From contig NC_088856.1 in assembly GCF_963853765.1 (NCBI RefSeq), positions 5,580,001 to 5,644,000 of the forward strand: a stretch of DNA of 64,000 nucleotides, written 5' to 3'. This document shows positions 12,406 to 24,700 of this stretch, piece after piece (position 1 is the stretch's first letter; each line of letters opens with the position of its first letter). The position numbers and the translations under genes are program-made. The stretch comes from Magallana gigas. Its lineage: Eukaryota. The notes under the pieces were generated by a model, which was not told the origin of the DNA, ran no database searches, and was given only the letters and a program-made list of their open reading frames with translations.

Positions 12406-15400
12406 TTATGAATGAAACTCAAAAATAATGAATCAGTTCCAGAAGTATGCACATAATAATAAAAATGCGTATAATATGCATATTATTTATTGTGGGCAGA
12501 TTTAAAATTTACAATATCTAATTATTTAACAGGTTACACTTGTTCTTGTGCGCAGGTGGATTGAGTTGGTGATCACTTTCTTTATTTTTTTATTGGCCGT
12601 TGTTCCCATGGGCTAGTATTATCGAATCAGATCATTTCTATTATTATAAATCCCGGTTACTTTTGATTTTGTTTCACTGTGGGTCCGGCGATTTTGTACA
12701 CCAACACCTCGCACAAGGTATTTATTGTATTAATTTATATGACATAACTTTTCTTAGTATCTACATAAAGTAAACTAAGATTATAATAAAGTTTAAAGCT
12801 TTATTTAAACCGTAACGAATTATTGTGTATAAATGGTATATTTATATGTGTTTATATTTATTTACAGAATCACCTTTTTGTACATATAAAACATCCTGAA
12901 CACAGAACCGTGTCTTTATTATTTACTCGGTCACATTATCATTGTATACCTACATCTTTATCTATGCATAAACATAGATTATATTTTGATGTGTCATGGA
13001 AATTTAATGCTCAAAGAATCAAGGTCCCGTTTTATGTAAATATGTTCAAGAAGGAAACAACTCATACTTGCTGCTAGAGCACACTTGTGATATTTGATGC
13101 TATAAATATTGCATTCAACTTCGGCTAGTGTTTCAATTGTTTTTTACAGTCTAAAGTTTGATCGCAATCACCATGTTTGGTTTTTTATGAAGTCAAAATA
13201 GCATAATGAATGTCTTTTGGGCACGTGTACAAACCAGTGAGACATATACAAAGGAGATAACTTTAATCTGAAATTCAACAAAGAAACATTTATATTTTTA
13301 AGTCTGTCTTGATATACACCGCTATTTGATTCGGCGATGGTGTGTATAGATTCATGAAAACTTGTAGATATTAGGTCTTATTGACATTATATTGTTTTTA
13401 TTCCATCATGGTTCACGGTTAACGTTTGTTATTGTCAATTTTGTTCATCAAATGAATTTCCTGAGCAGTCATTTTCACTGCAAACAGCGTAGATTTTCAT
13501 GATGATGAAATACATGTACATGACATAAAAGTACATACACATTAATTCCAAGATAGATACAAGGAAATGGAACTACAGTAGTTCTTCTCTTTTAACACCG
13601 ATAACTTCACATACCACTCATTTGTAAGCGGTTTGTATGCTGTGGTTTTTTTTGTGTTTTGGGGTTTTTTTAAAAATGTTTTAAGGAGTGATATATTTTT
13701 TTAAGATGCGACAGTTGGAACGAGAGCTGAATATATTAAATTGAATACTAACTTGACGTAAGTTTTATATAAATAAAAATTGAGCGTGTTTTACCAAATT
13801 GCTACATGAATTTGATAAAAAATAAATCAAAATAAAATAGTTTTACCTCAGTTTATGTGTCTTAAGGTTGTGGCCGTATGTGCGTGTACGATTACAATTT
13901 CTGTGCTGCCATTTTGTTTTTTTTGTGTTGTTTTTTTTTAACACCAGTGAGGTGCCACAGCGATGTGTTTCTTTTTTACATTATTGTTACATAATGAAAT
14001 ATATTAGATTTGTTTTATATGTGTGTTGTTAGAAATTATTATAAATTATCAGAGAAAATTCGCGTTAAGTGGGAATTAATTGTTAGTTTATTTTTTTTTC
14101 AGTTATTTACCTCTTGCGAAGCCACTGTACTATTCAAAGTTTTGACGAACTAAAAATGGTTTCGAGGTTATTTGTAAACGACTGCAACACCAGTCTGGGA
14201 CTGAGACAGCATAATTTCTTTATCAGATTCATTAGAAACAGACATAGATTGATCCAACTATCTATTTTTTCTTTACGTTAATGTTCGCATGCTCAATATA
14301 GTCATTTTGATGTCATGTTAGTAAAGCAGACATCATTCAACACTTTCCATCAAAGGAGAAGAGTTCCGAACAATTTGCCAAGAAAATAACATTAAACAAC
14401 TCGCTGCAAATCCGTTTTAAGAGTCTGCAGATTTTTTTTATCGTTTAAATGCATGGCATTCTTTAAATACATTTTTACTTGTACTCGCATGAACATGACA
14501 TTGCAGTGGTAGACATATAAAATTTACACAAATGATGAGCACGAATTTATAGTATATCAAAGGAAGCAGTAAGTTAAAATTTCTCTTTGCCCAAGTGTTG
14601 TCATTAGAGCTTATAGATGCACTCACTGTGGCAATGTGACTTTCCACATAAAAATATGGGGAACAAATTACAGAAAATGTGAAAAAAGGAGATCATAGCT
14701 TCAGTTGAAGCAACAAGTACATGTATTACAATTGCTGGTATATGTACATCTGGTACTTGTAAAGAAAGAAAAAAATGGTACTTTTGACATCACTTTTCAG
14801 CGAGAGAGAGAGAGGATGATTTGATCCTGTAATATTGCTTATTTTCAACCTATTTTTAATAATGTTTATTATAATTTAAAAGAAGAAATAGAATTAAAAT
14901 ACAGCAGCATAAAGTTAAATATGTGTCATTGAATATATTTTATAGATCAGAGAAAAATAAAAATTGTTGTTTAAGTTGTGTGACCGACATCAAATGTACT
15001 TTTTTTTTTATTCTTCACTTAGATGCTGTTGTGCACATCTTTTCTGACTGATTTAATTAAACCATTCATGGAACACTACAAACATTTCAACCTCTTAAAT
15101 ATTATGCAGGTTGGAGTGTCACAAATGTAAGTCTGAAAAATCAGGTTGTTATAACTCTGTTGAAAAGTTTTCAGGCTAAGTTTTAGAGATCTGGTCTTGG
15201 CAGACGGATTTTCTTTGACCAGGGCTACTTGTTTTAAGATTTTGAACACACTACATGTATTTAATACATTTGCATGAAATTTTCTACAAAGGTATCATTG
15301 TTAGATCTTTTCAAAATTTTGGATCCGCAAGAGCATCAATTGGTCATGAATTGTATATATACTAAGATCTGCCATCAGACCTAAATTATAGTGAAGTAAA

Positions 15401-15717
15401 ATGATCTAATATATCTGCAGAGACCCATTCACTTTATAACACTACCACGCGTATCTTACGTTAGCTAGTGTACACGTTAAGTAAAAGTCTTAAGTGATCG
15501 TATAGTGGTTTTATTCGACAAAAAGCAAACTAAATACACAGTCCCAATTGGGGGAAGTCAGAGAGAGAGAGAGAGATGTTAAGAGTTCGAGAGAGCGTCG
15601 GAATTAACCTAACTTGCGAGAAGTTGGTAGTTTTATACTATTTGGGGAAAACAACTATCAAAGTAATACAAGTGTTCATTGGGTGTTGAAAAGCCCATTA
15701 AGAGGGCGCCACCACCT

Positions 15718-16163
15718 TGTTACTATGATGCTCCAAGATGGCGTCAAGCTGGTCAGTCAAGAACCCGCCCTTAATCAGTGTACTTAGGGTCAATCAAGGT
15801 TGCGACAGATATTTACTTGTGGGAGGGTCACTGTATCGTGACCAATTACTGTCATCTACCTGAGCCGATTAAAGGGCTAATTGACTTCGATTAGCCGAAT
15901 GATGTTTGTAATTGTTTAGTTTATATCAAACTTTACCCCCTCAGGATATTTGTGTACAAATCGGGAACATAATGTCCAAATTGGAGACATATGGAGACAT
16001 ACTGACCAGCAAGGATTTAATTACGGTCATTAAAGGATCATCACCTCAAAACAATACACCCCATAAATATGTAAACATGGTAGCTATTGGCTCTCTCTCT
16101 CTGACCTTCCTTTAAAGCAATAAAGTCTTTGATGGACACATAATATTCGTGATTCAATTAACA
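15718..16163 (+). mobile_element. Possible solo-LTR-like fragment
   Basis: Starts TGTTAC, ends TTAACA, has AATAAA ~45 bp before the end and CAAGATGGCG near the start. No matching TSD found, so support is weak. Confidence 0.3.
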
Positions 16164-16585
16164 TGGAATATACATTAAATAAAGGTATTTACTTTACGAA
16201 AGCATTCTATACTGATTCTGAAATTAAATGATAAAGTCAAATCACAATAGTTCAAAGAATAATATGTAACGTCCAATCAGTATAGTCAAAGTTATAGGAT
16301 ACGTAAAATATAAAGTCCAATCACCAGTGTTCGATTATATAATGATAACTAACAAGGGCTATTTTGTTACAACTTTCTTCTTACTTTTCATCAGTTGGAA
16401 AACAAAATAAATTACATACTCGGTATGTCGTTGTCACTTTGATGTTTAAATCTTTACGGAAAGACCATGTTCCCGGAAAAACTCTTTGGAACACAAGGTG
16501 CATGGGACAAAAGACTGGCAATTGCTAGTCTATAAAATACCGTTGCATCATATTACCCACTATGCAATTATTGCAGATACTGTAT

Positions 16586-16835
16586 ATCAAGATTTATAGA
16601 AAACACATCACAAGATTATATAATATACATCACAAGATTTTAAAACATACATCACATTATTATAGAATATACAGCACAATATATAGAATATACATAACAA
16701 GACATTAATCATTATCGAATATACACCACAAGATATAAGATAAAGAAAACACAACACAAGAATTTGAACATACATAAAAAATTGTGGAATATATATCACA
16801 AGATATAGAATACCATAGCAAGTTACTAAACATAT
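16586..16835. repeat. Degenerate ~22-bp minisatellite (ACATCACAAGATTATAGAATAT-like)
   Basis: Repeated CATCACAAGAT / ATAGAATATA units. A longer paralogous block lies at ~40672-41050. Confidence 0.7.
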
Positions 16836-18723
16836 ATAACACCTTTTTTAATAAAGCAATGTTTTTCACGCAATAGTTATTAAAATGCAATCCAATTACA
16901 TAATTAGATTTAGTTACAGCTGTTGTTTAACAATGTGTTTTGCATAAACGTTAAAAAAGAGAAAGAAATTCTCGTTTTTTAAAGTTTTTGAAATTCATTT
17001 AAACTGGAATGTTTGTAGAATCATCTCAGACCTGCGAAAGTTTGTTTTACAAAATTTCCAATTATAATGAATTTTATACTAATTCCTTTTAATGACCCAG
17101 CTGAGAACATCATTGAATCAGATTATGAAATTGCCTCGACTTAATTTTGGTATACGAGTAAGAAATCAATTTAAATAGTTTCTTAAAAGGAATTTTTAAA
17201 AAAAAGTTAAGATTGAAAGAAATTTAATGTTCGCATACTTTCTGAGGTCTGAACTTTATATATTTTTCCCACTTATGTTCGAATGGTACATGAATCAACA
17301 TTCAAATATTATATCTTAATGACAGGATCAGTTCACAGGAACAGGAAATTCTAGTCAACTTAAAATTAGTCTCATCAGATTAATTATTTGTTATGCATTA
17401 GGGACTATACGGCATAACAAAAATATTTTTCGTAAAATAATATTTTGACAGGCCTTTTATTATAGTAAAACGTTTATTGGAGATGTAGAAATACCTTTCT
17501 TGGCAACTTTAAAAAGTTAATTTTCATTTTGTAAAAATATGATAAATAAAATTACAAAATCGCCCTCACTTCATAGATTGTTTATATTCCAATGGAATGT
17601 TTTGTAATGTTATACATTGTATACCATATAAAAACCTCATATTATTTTTTTTCGATGTTAAAGTATTGAGACAATACTTTAAAAGTCAGCCAATTCATAA
17701 TTTTAAGTGTTAAACTTATCCTAAAATATTTTACTCAAATCATAGACTTACCAACAAAAGTTGCGACTTCTCACTATGCATAAAATACCTAATTGTTGGA
17801 GGTTAGTGATTTATTTTCCACATTACAGAGATTAAATATCCGGTAATTATATTTATAAAATTATGACAAGCACTAATTTAAGAATTTTAATTCTATTTAA
17901 GAGATTCAATCAGAAAAAGGTGCAATAATTAGATGTTTTAAACCTAAGACTAACTACCTTTTATATATTGGAATATGTGATATTAATAAATGGCATAACC
18001 ATTACTAAAAGATCTTTAAATTTTCTATCTACTTTTTTAATAACAACAATTTCTAAAAACAAAAAAACAAAAAAAAAAAACACAAAAAAAACGTTTCTAC
18101 ATTCCGGAAACTAATCACCCGACAAAAATATCTTTGTAAAAAAATAAGGCAAGCATTAATTATAGTATTCTTTTACTATATACATGTAAGTGGCTCAATG
18201 AGAGAAAATTGCAATTGCTGGGTTTTTCTTATCGATATAAGATTAACTATCATTTGATATTTCAAGAATAATTGAATGAATTTCATTAACTATGACCAAA
18301 ATATTTTTAAAATTTCTTTCTACTTCTTTATAACAAAACTTCTTTAAAAAGACAAATCATGCTTTGTTCACACGATTACAGATGTTGTAAAATACCCAGA
18401 GTTTTAATGATATTTAACGTTTGCATAAACATGCCGCATTGAAGTGACATACAGCAAATCTGAATAGTTCGTTGTCGTCAATAAAATTTTAGATAAAACT
18501 AAATTGCAACTCTCTGCTACGTACAGTGATGTTATTTAAACAAATCGTCATTGGTACCTTAAAAATCCATCAAATGTCGACGGCGCTGGTCTAATATCTT
18601 CCGCATCCTTTGTTTAAAAAAGTGAAAAAATTAAGACAATTGTTGTTAAATCGATTTTCAATTAAAATGTTATTAATTTTATTAGTATGTAATACTATAC
18701 CTATTTCCTTGTAGAACTAAATT

Positions 18724-18764
18724 TCACTTCTTACAAATAACAGCTTGTGCTTCAGCAGCTGAAA
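18724..18764 (-). CDS. Paralog 1 exon 6 (terminal)
   Basis: Acceptor TTTCTAG; (I)SAAEAQAVICKK-stop (TGA). Confidence 0.8.
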
Positions 18765-21700
18765 CTAGAAAAATGTTGCTAAAGCAATTAAAATGTGAAG
18801 TGCTATATTTTTTTTTTTGAAAAGACAAATAAAACTGTTTCAAACTCACTGAATTCCATAGAACGCTGGAATTTGATTGGTCTAGAAATCGGTCCACAAA
18901 GGCTGCACCATCCACCACAGGTAAATGATATCTTGTCTCTATTCACGGAACGATGGAATTGTTTTATAGCCGCCCTATACCCATCTATGACACCAAATTC
19001 AATCTTAAAGTCATAATAAGTACCACTTTTACATTGCTACGAAATGCGTATTCCATACATATTTTACTGTTTTGTGGTGTTGTGTAAATATAAGGGTTTT
19101 GTATTCATGATTCTGGGTTTAAACTCAGGCTCATGAAGGAGAGTCAATTACACGTAAGTAGTTTTGATTTTAACGAACTAAATATTAATCTTAATTTCGA
19201 GCGTTCCCCTGACAAACCTTATCTTAAGAACTTAAATCGGATGGGGTCAAAAACCACGACTTGAAAACCCAATTGATGACCGTGATTTTAATTGACTTCC
19301 CACCAAAATATATGACGCGCACTACATGGGAAGCGAACATTTTTTTTAAAAGTGGCTTGAATACCAAAACACAAACGGTAGAGTCTTTTACTTAACCCAG
19401 TCGGGCAGTTCGGATAAACCAAATCCGGTCGGGTTTTTTTATTATACAAGAACTGTGTTGTCGAGTCAGATTACGATTTTGCAGAAGAAATTGCGGACTA
19501 ACGACTACAAACGCGCGTGTCGAATGTCAGCGTAGAAAAAGATTGAAAACACATATTATAATGAATAAGTAGGTACAAAATTATAAAAAATGAATGGTCA
19601 CAAAGCATTTTTTTTTGGTATTTGAGTTAACTACAGGTTTTGAAACATTAAGAACTCAGGTACCAGTGTAATTTTGGTTCATCGCAGATTTTCGGTTTGG
19701 TCTGATATTTCATTTTTAATTATGGAATGACAAAACATTGTCCAATTCCTTTATAACACAAATAGTTTTTATTTAAAACCCACCAGTCCTAATCATAATC
19801 ATTTCAAATTTAGTTTCTTGGTTGTAATCTATACACCCTTTGACTTGGGGCCTCGGTTTATATTGAATACAACCAGTGGAAGATCTCAGACACTCTGCAC
19901 CCTCAGTAAGACCTGTATAAGTGATATATCATGTTTTGTTTTAAAGATTATGTATTGTTTGTAATAGAAGAGGTGGATTTACTACTAGGTTCGAACCTAG
20001 GACCTTTCAGTTCACAAACAAACACTCTAGTGCAAGTACTAAAGTAGAAGCGTAACTGACGTGCGACCAATTCTCATCTAGTACCATTTCTTGCCAGTGC
20101 ATTTTTACTTTTTCGTAAAGTAATTTAATGTTGTGATAAAATGACGTAATAACATTAACAAGATGATACTTGGCATAAATTACTTGCATCTGCAGCCAAT
20201 ACATCATTCTATTGGATGTTAGTAGCTATTGGACTATGGTTTCTAATATCATATTCAATGTCAATTGCTATTGGACAATGATTTCTCATATCAGATTCAA
20301 TGTCAACAGCTTTTGGACAATGATTTCTTTGATTAAATTAGATGTCAACAGCTTTTGGACAATGATTACTGATATCAAATTCAATGTCAACAGCTATTGG
20401 ACAATGATTTATTATATCAAATATTCAATGTCAACTGCTTTAGGACATTGATAACGTAATAAATTCAATGTCAGGTATTGGACAATGTTTTCTTTTATAA
20501 AATCCAATGTTAACAGCATTTGGACAATGATTACTTATAAATGTAAGAGACGAACTCCTTATAATGTTTTATAGAGATTTGATTTTGATTCAATACTATT
20601 TAAAAGTTGGTATCAATGGGGGTTGGGGCAGCTATTAATATCAAATACAGTCCTTTATATATTGATGCAGCTAAGTAAACATTAAAAAATTATTCAACAT
20701 TCAATCATACTGTAGGATCAACAATCAGTCCAGTCCCTCTGGTATCAATGGTTGCTGTCCCAAAGTGAATACAAGGGTTGGTGTAGTGTTTCCCATTACA
20801 ATCATGAGCATATCCATACTGGATTGGTTTTGATCCGGTCAGCGATGTGAACGTATCATCAGTTCCATTTACCACCATGCTCTGTAAACAGACATTGCAT
20901 TTTTGAAGTATTTTTTTTAAAAAAAATAACGAACATACAATTAACAACTTGAATTCCGTCAGTGTTTATACATATAATAAAACATGCAGTATACAAGTTT
21001 TACCTTTATCTGTAATTTCACTTTTAAAAACTCTGCTTTTTTTAACGGAAGGCGAATAGCCGATTGACACTCTTGACCCTGTATTATCCAATTTGTGATG
21101 TCATGGCGAACAAAGATGTTGGGATATTTTAAAGTTATAAAATGTGAAGGTTCAGTCGCTAGGTTGTGACAGTATATTTTCGTTCTTCTCCGATTTGTTA
21201 CGATTGGATAGACCCAGTATTCTCCGTCTGTTGTAATACCAGAACAATTTGAGACGGCGAGACACGACTCTGGAACTGCAAGGAAAAGCTATCTTAAATG
21301 TTTGCGGTTAAGGTAGAATAACACACCTAGAAAAAGTTACTCAAATAAACAGGAAATATTTTGATAATGAAAAATATAATGACAAATAAACTGTACAAAT
21401 GTCAAATAAGCGAAAAATTTGCTGTTTGGGAAAAAAATTGAATATCTAAAATAGTTATTGCAGTAAGTAACGACAAAGGCGTCTGCGGGATTCGAACTCG
21501 GGATGTACGGATCACAAGTCCCGACACTTCATCGATTTGGCTATCAAGTAATTTACCTGTTTCAGTCTATAAAATGCTTTTAATAAAACGAAATGTCGTC
21601 TCGATCAGCGGTCAGCCATTTTGTGATGATGTGTTATTCAACCTTAAATATCTTTACTTTAAAATGCTACTAGCGATGCCATTTTTACTCGAATAAACAA

Positions 21701-24700
21701 GTCGATTTAAAGTATTTTAAAATATGTTATCTAAATATCCGATAGCAAATGTCGTTGCTTATTAAGGTATTTCGTTTGGAAGACCTTATAGTGATTGTAA
21801 TGTTTCTTATTATTATTTTTTTCACTTTTTTGTCTAGTGATCTGAAATTATCAGAAGTAATTGAATATAATAATTTTTAGAGGTATCTTACTTCTTATGT
21901 ATTTGTTGTTTTCTTTTTCGGCGTAGCTTCCAGTCGTCACCGGAAGCACATAAGAATTTTTTTTTACTTCTTATTTTATTTATTTTACATGGAATGAATA
22001 TATCAGGATAAAATTTAATATAAGTCATATATTCAATGTTTAATAAGCAAACAAATTTTACTTCCTGTGAGATATCTCAAATACTGTGGTTTCATTAATA
22101 TTTGTTGATTACCAATTTTTGTTGATTTCGTTGTTAAGATTATCATTGAAACTAAATATTCATTGAACTGCAAATTGTACTAATACTTTGTATTCATAGG
22201 GTAATTGGCCACGAATTTACGTATCCTTGAAACTATGATTTTCACTTTATCCATGAAAATTGATACCCTTGAATACTAATGAAAGCTTTTCTTTTCCAAA
22301 TCTGATACCTGTGAGATATAAGTCACTCTAAGTGGTTGTGACACAAAACATTTAGGGAATGATATATATTTGATAGAAGATGTGTTTTTATTAACAGGTC
22401 TTATTTTGTCAACTGTCATTTCCGGTTCTCAGCGGAAGGGTTCATCCAAATCATATTTTTAACAAGTTTAAATGTGTTTCTTGAGTGATCATCTACCCTG
22501 ATAAACAGTGATGTAAACTAGCCAAATGAACAACAAGTTCTAGCTTTTATTTTCATTAATCACTTCCGTTCTTTCATTTCCGGTCGCGAAATAAAAAGAT
22601 TAGTTTCGAAGTTATCTCATATTTGGTAGAGATTTGAACAACAAACTTTGAGGGAAGATTGACTCATGATTGTGAAAATGTTTCACAAGTTTTATTTGGT
22701 TAGCTGTTATTTGCAGTCGTCATCAGATCACAAAAATAACTAAACGTCTTGATATTTCAATCACAGCTATCATCATATTAATTATTTCTTTTTTCTACGT
22801 AAGAGAAGCAATGGCTTATAGTTCAACTGATACAAGTATATCAGAACGGAAGACCTTTTTAATTGTGTTTCCATTGCAACAAGAGTCTAGTCTTATTTTT
22901 CATCTTATGACGCTTACATATAATTGAGCTACAGATCATCGAATACAAATAAATTCAACTTGTCTTGTTCCATTTCAGGTCATTGTTTATTGGTCATTTG
23001 GTCATTGCCTAATGAACAATTCAGGATTAATGATGGTTAACTCATCCTTCACTTTCCGCCATGATATCAATTTGGCAACCCGTTTCTGGACACCCCGCTC
23101 TAGAAAGTTCTTTCCATTAATACTAAAGTTGCAATAATTTTTCCTTTTTTTATCAAATGTCTGTATTAATCAAAGTCTGATCCAAGGTATCTGCCTGCGA
23201 TGCATAAAAAACTCGTCCTACACTTTTCGTTAATTAGTCCATCCACGTTCTTAGTTGCCTTGCTCCGAAAAGTGTTATCCCATTCTCTCACCAGAGGTCG
23301 TGCTTTGCAAGCGACTGAGTATCAAAACTAAAATCGCCCACTAAAGCAACGAATTGACTTATTTTATTTATTTGACATTTGTTAAATCTTAACTTCTGTG
23401 TTTTCTTTAAATAGGCTCACGGTAAATATATTCACTCTTTACGTAATCATTCAATATTATTTCATTGAAAGGATATATTTTGATCGAGACTATCCCTGAC
23501 TTGGATCTGCCAAAGCGTGTTCACCACCTTACACTCAGTTTTGCTATTTCGGACTTGTTTATCGAAAATGAAAGTAGGTACACAATGTAATTGTTTAAGT
23601 AATTTTCTTAATTTAAAAAAATATATATTCAAGGGCCATTAACTCAAAAAGGAAATCCATTACCTACTTTTTTCAAAGTGAAAAAGAACACTACAATTAA
23701 AAGTCTTTAACACGCATCAGATGGTTTTTCATTTCCATCATTAAATTTTTTTTATTTTAAGTAAACGTAATCCTTAAACATACCATTATTTTTACATAAA
23801 TGTATTTAATGATTAATAAGGGTAGAGATTTCGAGCTTTATTTAACTTGACAAACTATTCGTGCAGCTCAATGTCCGTTTATAGCTTACCCCATCGGGAT
23901 CCTCTGTCCTCCAACACCCAGTAATAGTCGACGTCACCTCTGTCGTCACTGTCATAGATCACGTTGAAGAGGTCACATGACCCGTTAGCCATGTTGTACA
24001 GTAATGACACGCAGTCCGGTTCCTGGGTACACTTGGCGGCACAGTAACTACGACGGGGGAAATGTCCCGACCATATTGCCATGTTTGGCTCTATAAGGTC
24101 AACACGGGTTGTAGTCCGTCTCAGAAATATATCGTCTGGAAAAAATTATTGTTTTTTATTTGTTGGTAAGTATTTTTATGAATATTCAAGTTCATCCTTA
24201 CGAGATAACCTTTTGAAGAAAGATTTATATGTTAATGTATATATAACATTTATTTGTATGATTCATTTTTAATCTTGTGTGATAAATGGGAATATAAATT
24301 TAATTCTATATATCTATGTTGTTTTTAAAACAAAAACGTAAATTGAAACAAGAAATATTTGACCACCTTTATCTAAAATCTCAAACATATATTTTAATCT
24401 TTTCTTATGTTTTATTAATAACACCACAGCTGATCTCATTCAACGAAATTCTGACTTTAGGGTGGTATCGTTTAAGATATTCTAAAATTTACAATACTGC
24501 AAACTATTTTTTAAAATATTGTTTTAGATATAAATCTAAATTTTAAGGATGAAAAGAATCCTTGTGCATTTTTTCAAAATTTCACGATACAAATCTTTAT
24601 TTTATTTTATTTTTTTTATATAATTTGTCTGGGATTTCAAGCTTAAAGTTTTTTAATGTTCAATGCACAGTGACAATTCACTAGGAGCAATAGAAAATAT

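Larger units (their letters stand above)
16375..19370. repeat. Segmental duplication (3' part and downstream flank of the PAN-GON gene), paralogous to ~40485-43560
   Basis: Colinear shared blocks throughout, e.g. GACAAAAGACTGGCA, CGTTTATTGGAGATGTAGAAATACCTTTCTTGG, GACAAGCACTAATTTAAGAATTTTAATTCTATTTAAG. Roughly 85% identity by eye. Confidence 0.9.

Noticed and set aside
18724-18918. ORF MVDGAAFVDRFL.. as a single exon
   Set aside because: Only its last 41 nt are the real terminal exon; upstream it reads through intron 5 and a wrong frame of exon 5.
20212-20451. Repetitive ORF (NVNSFWTMI repeats)
   Set aside because: Product of a 42-bp (multiple of 3) intronic minisatellite, antisense to the host gene.
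21476-21548. tRNA-Thr gene
   Set aside because: No acceptor stem, broken T and anticodon stems, and it lies inside a MITE; reported as tRNA-derived only.
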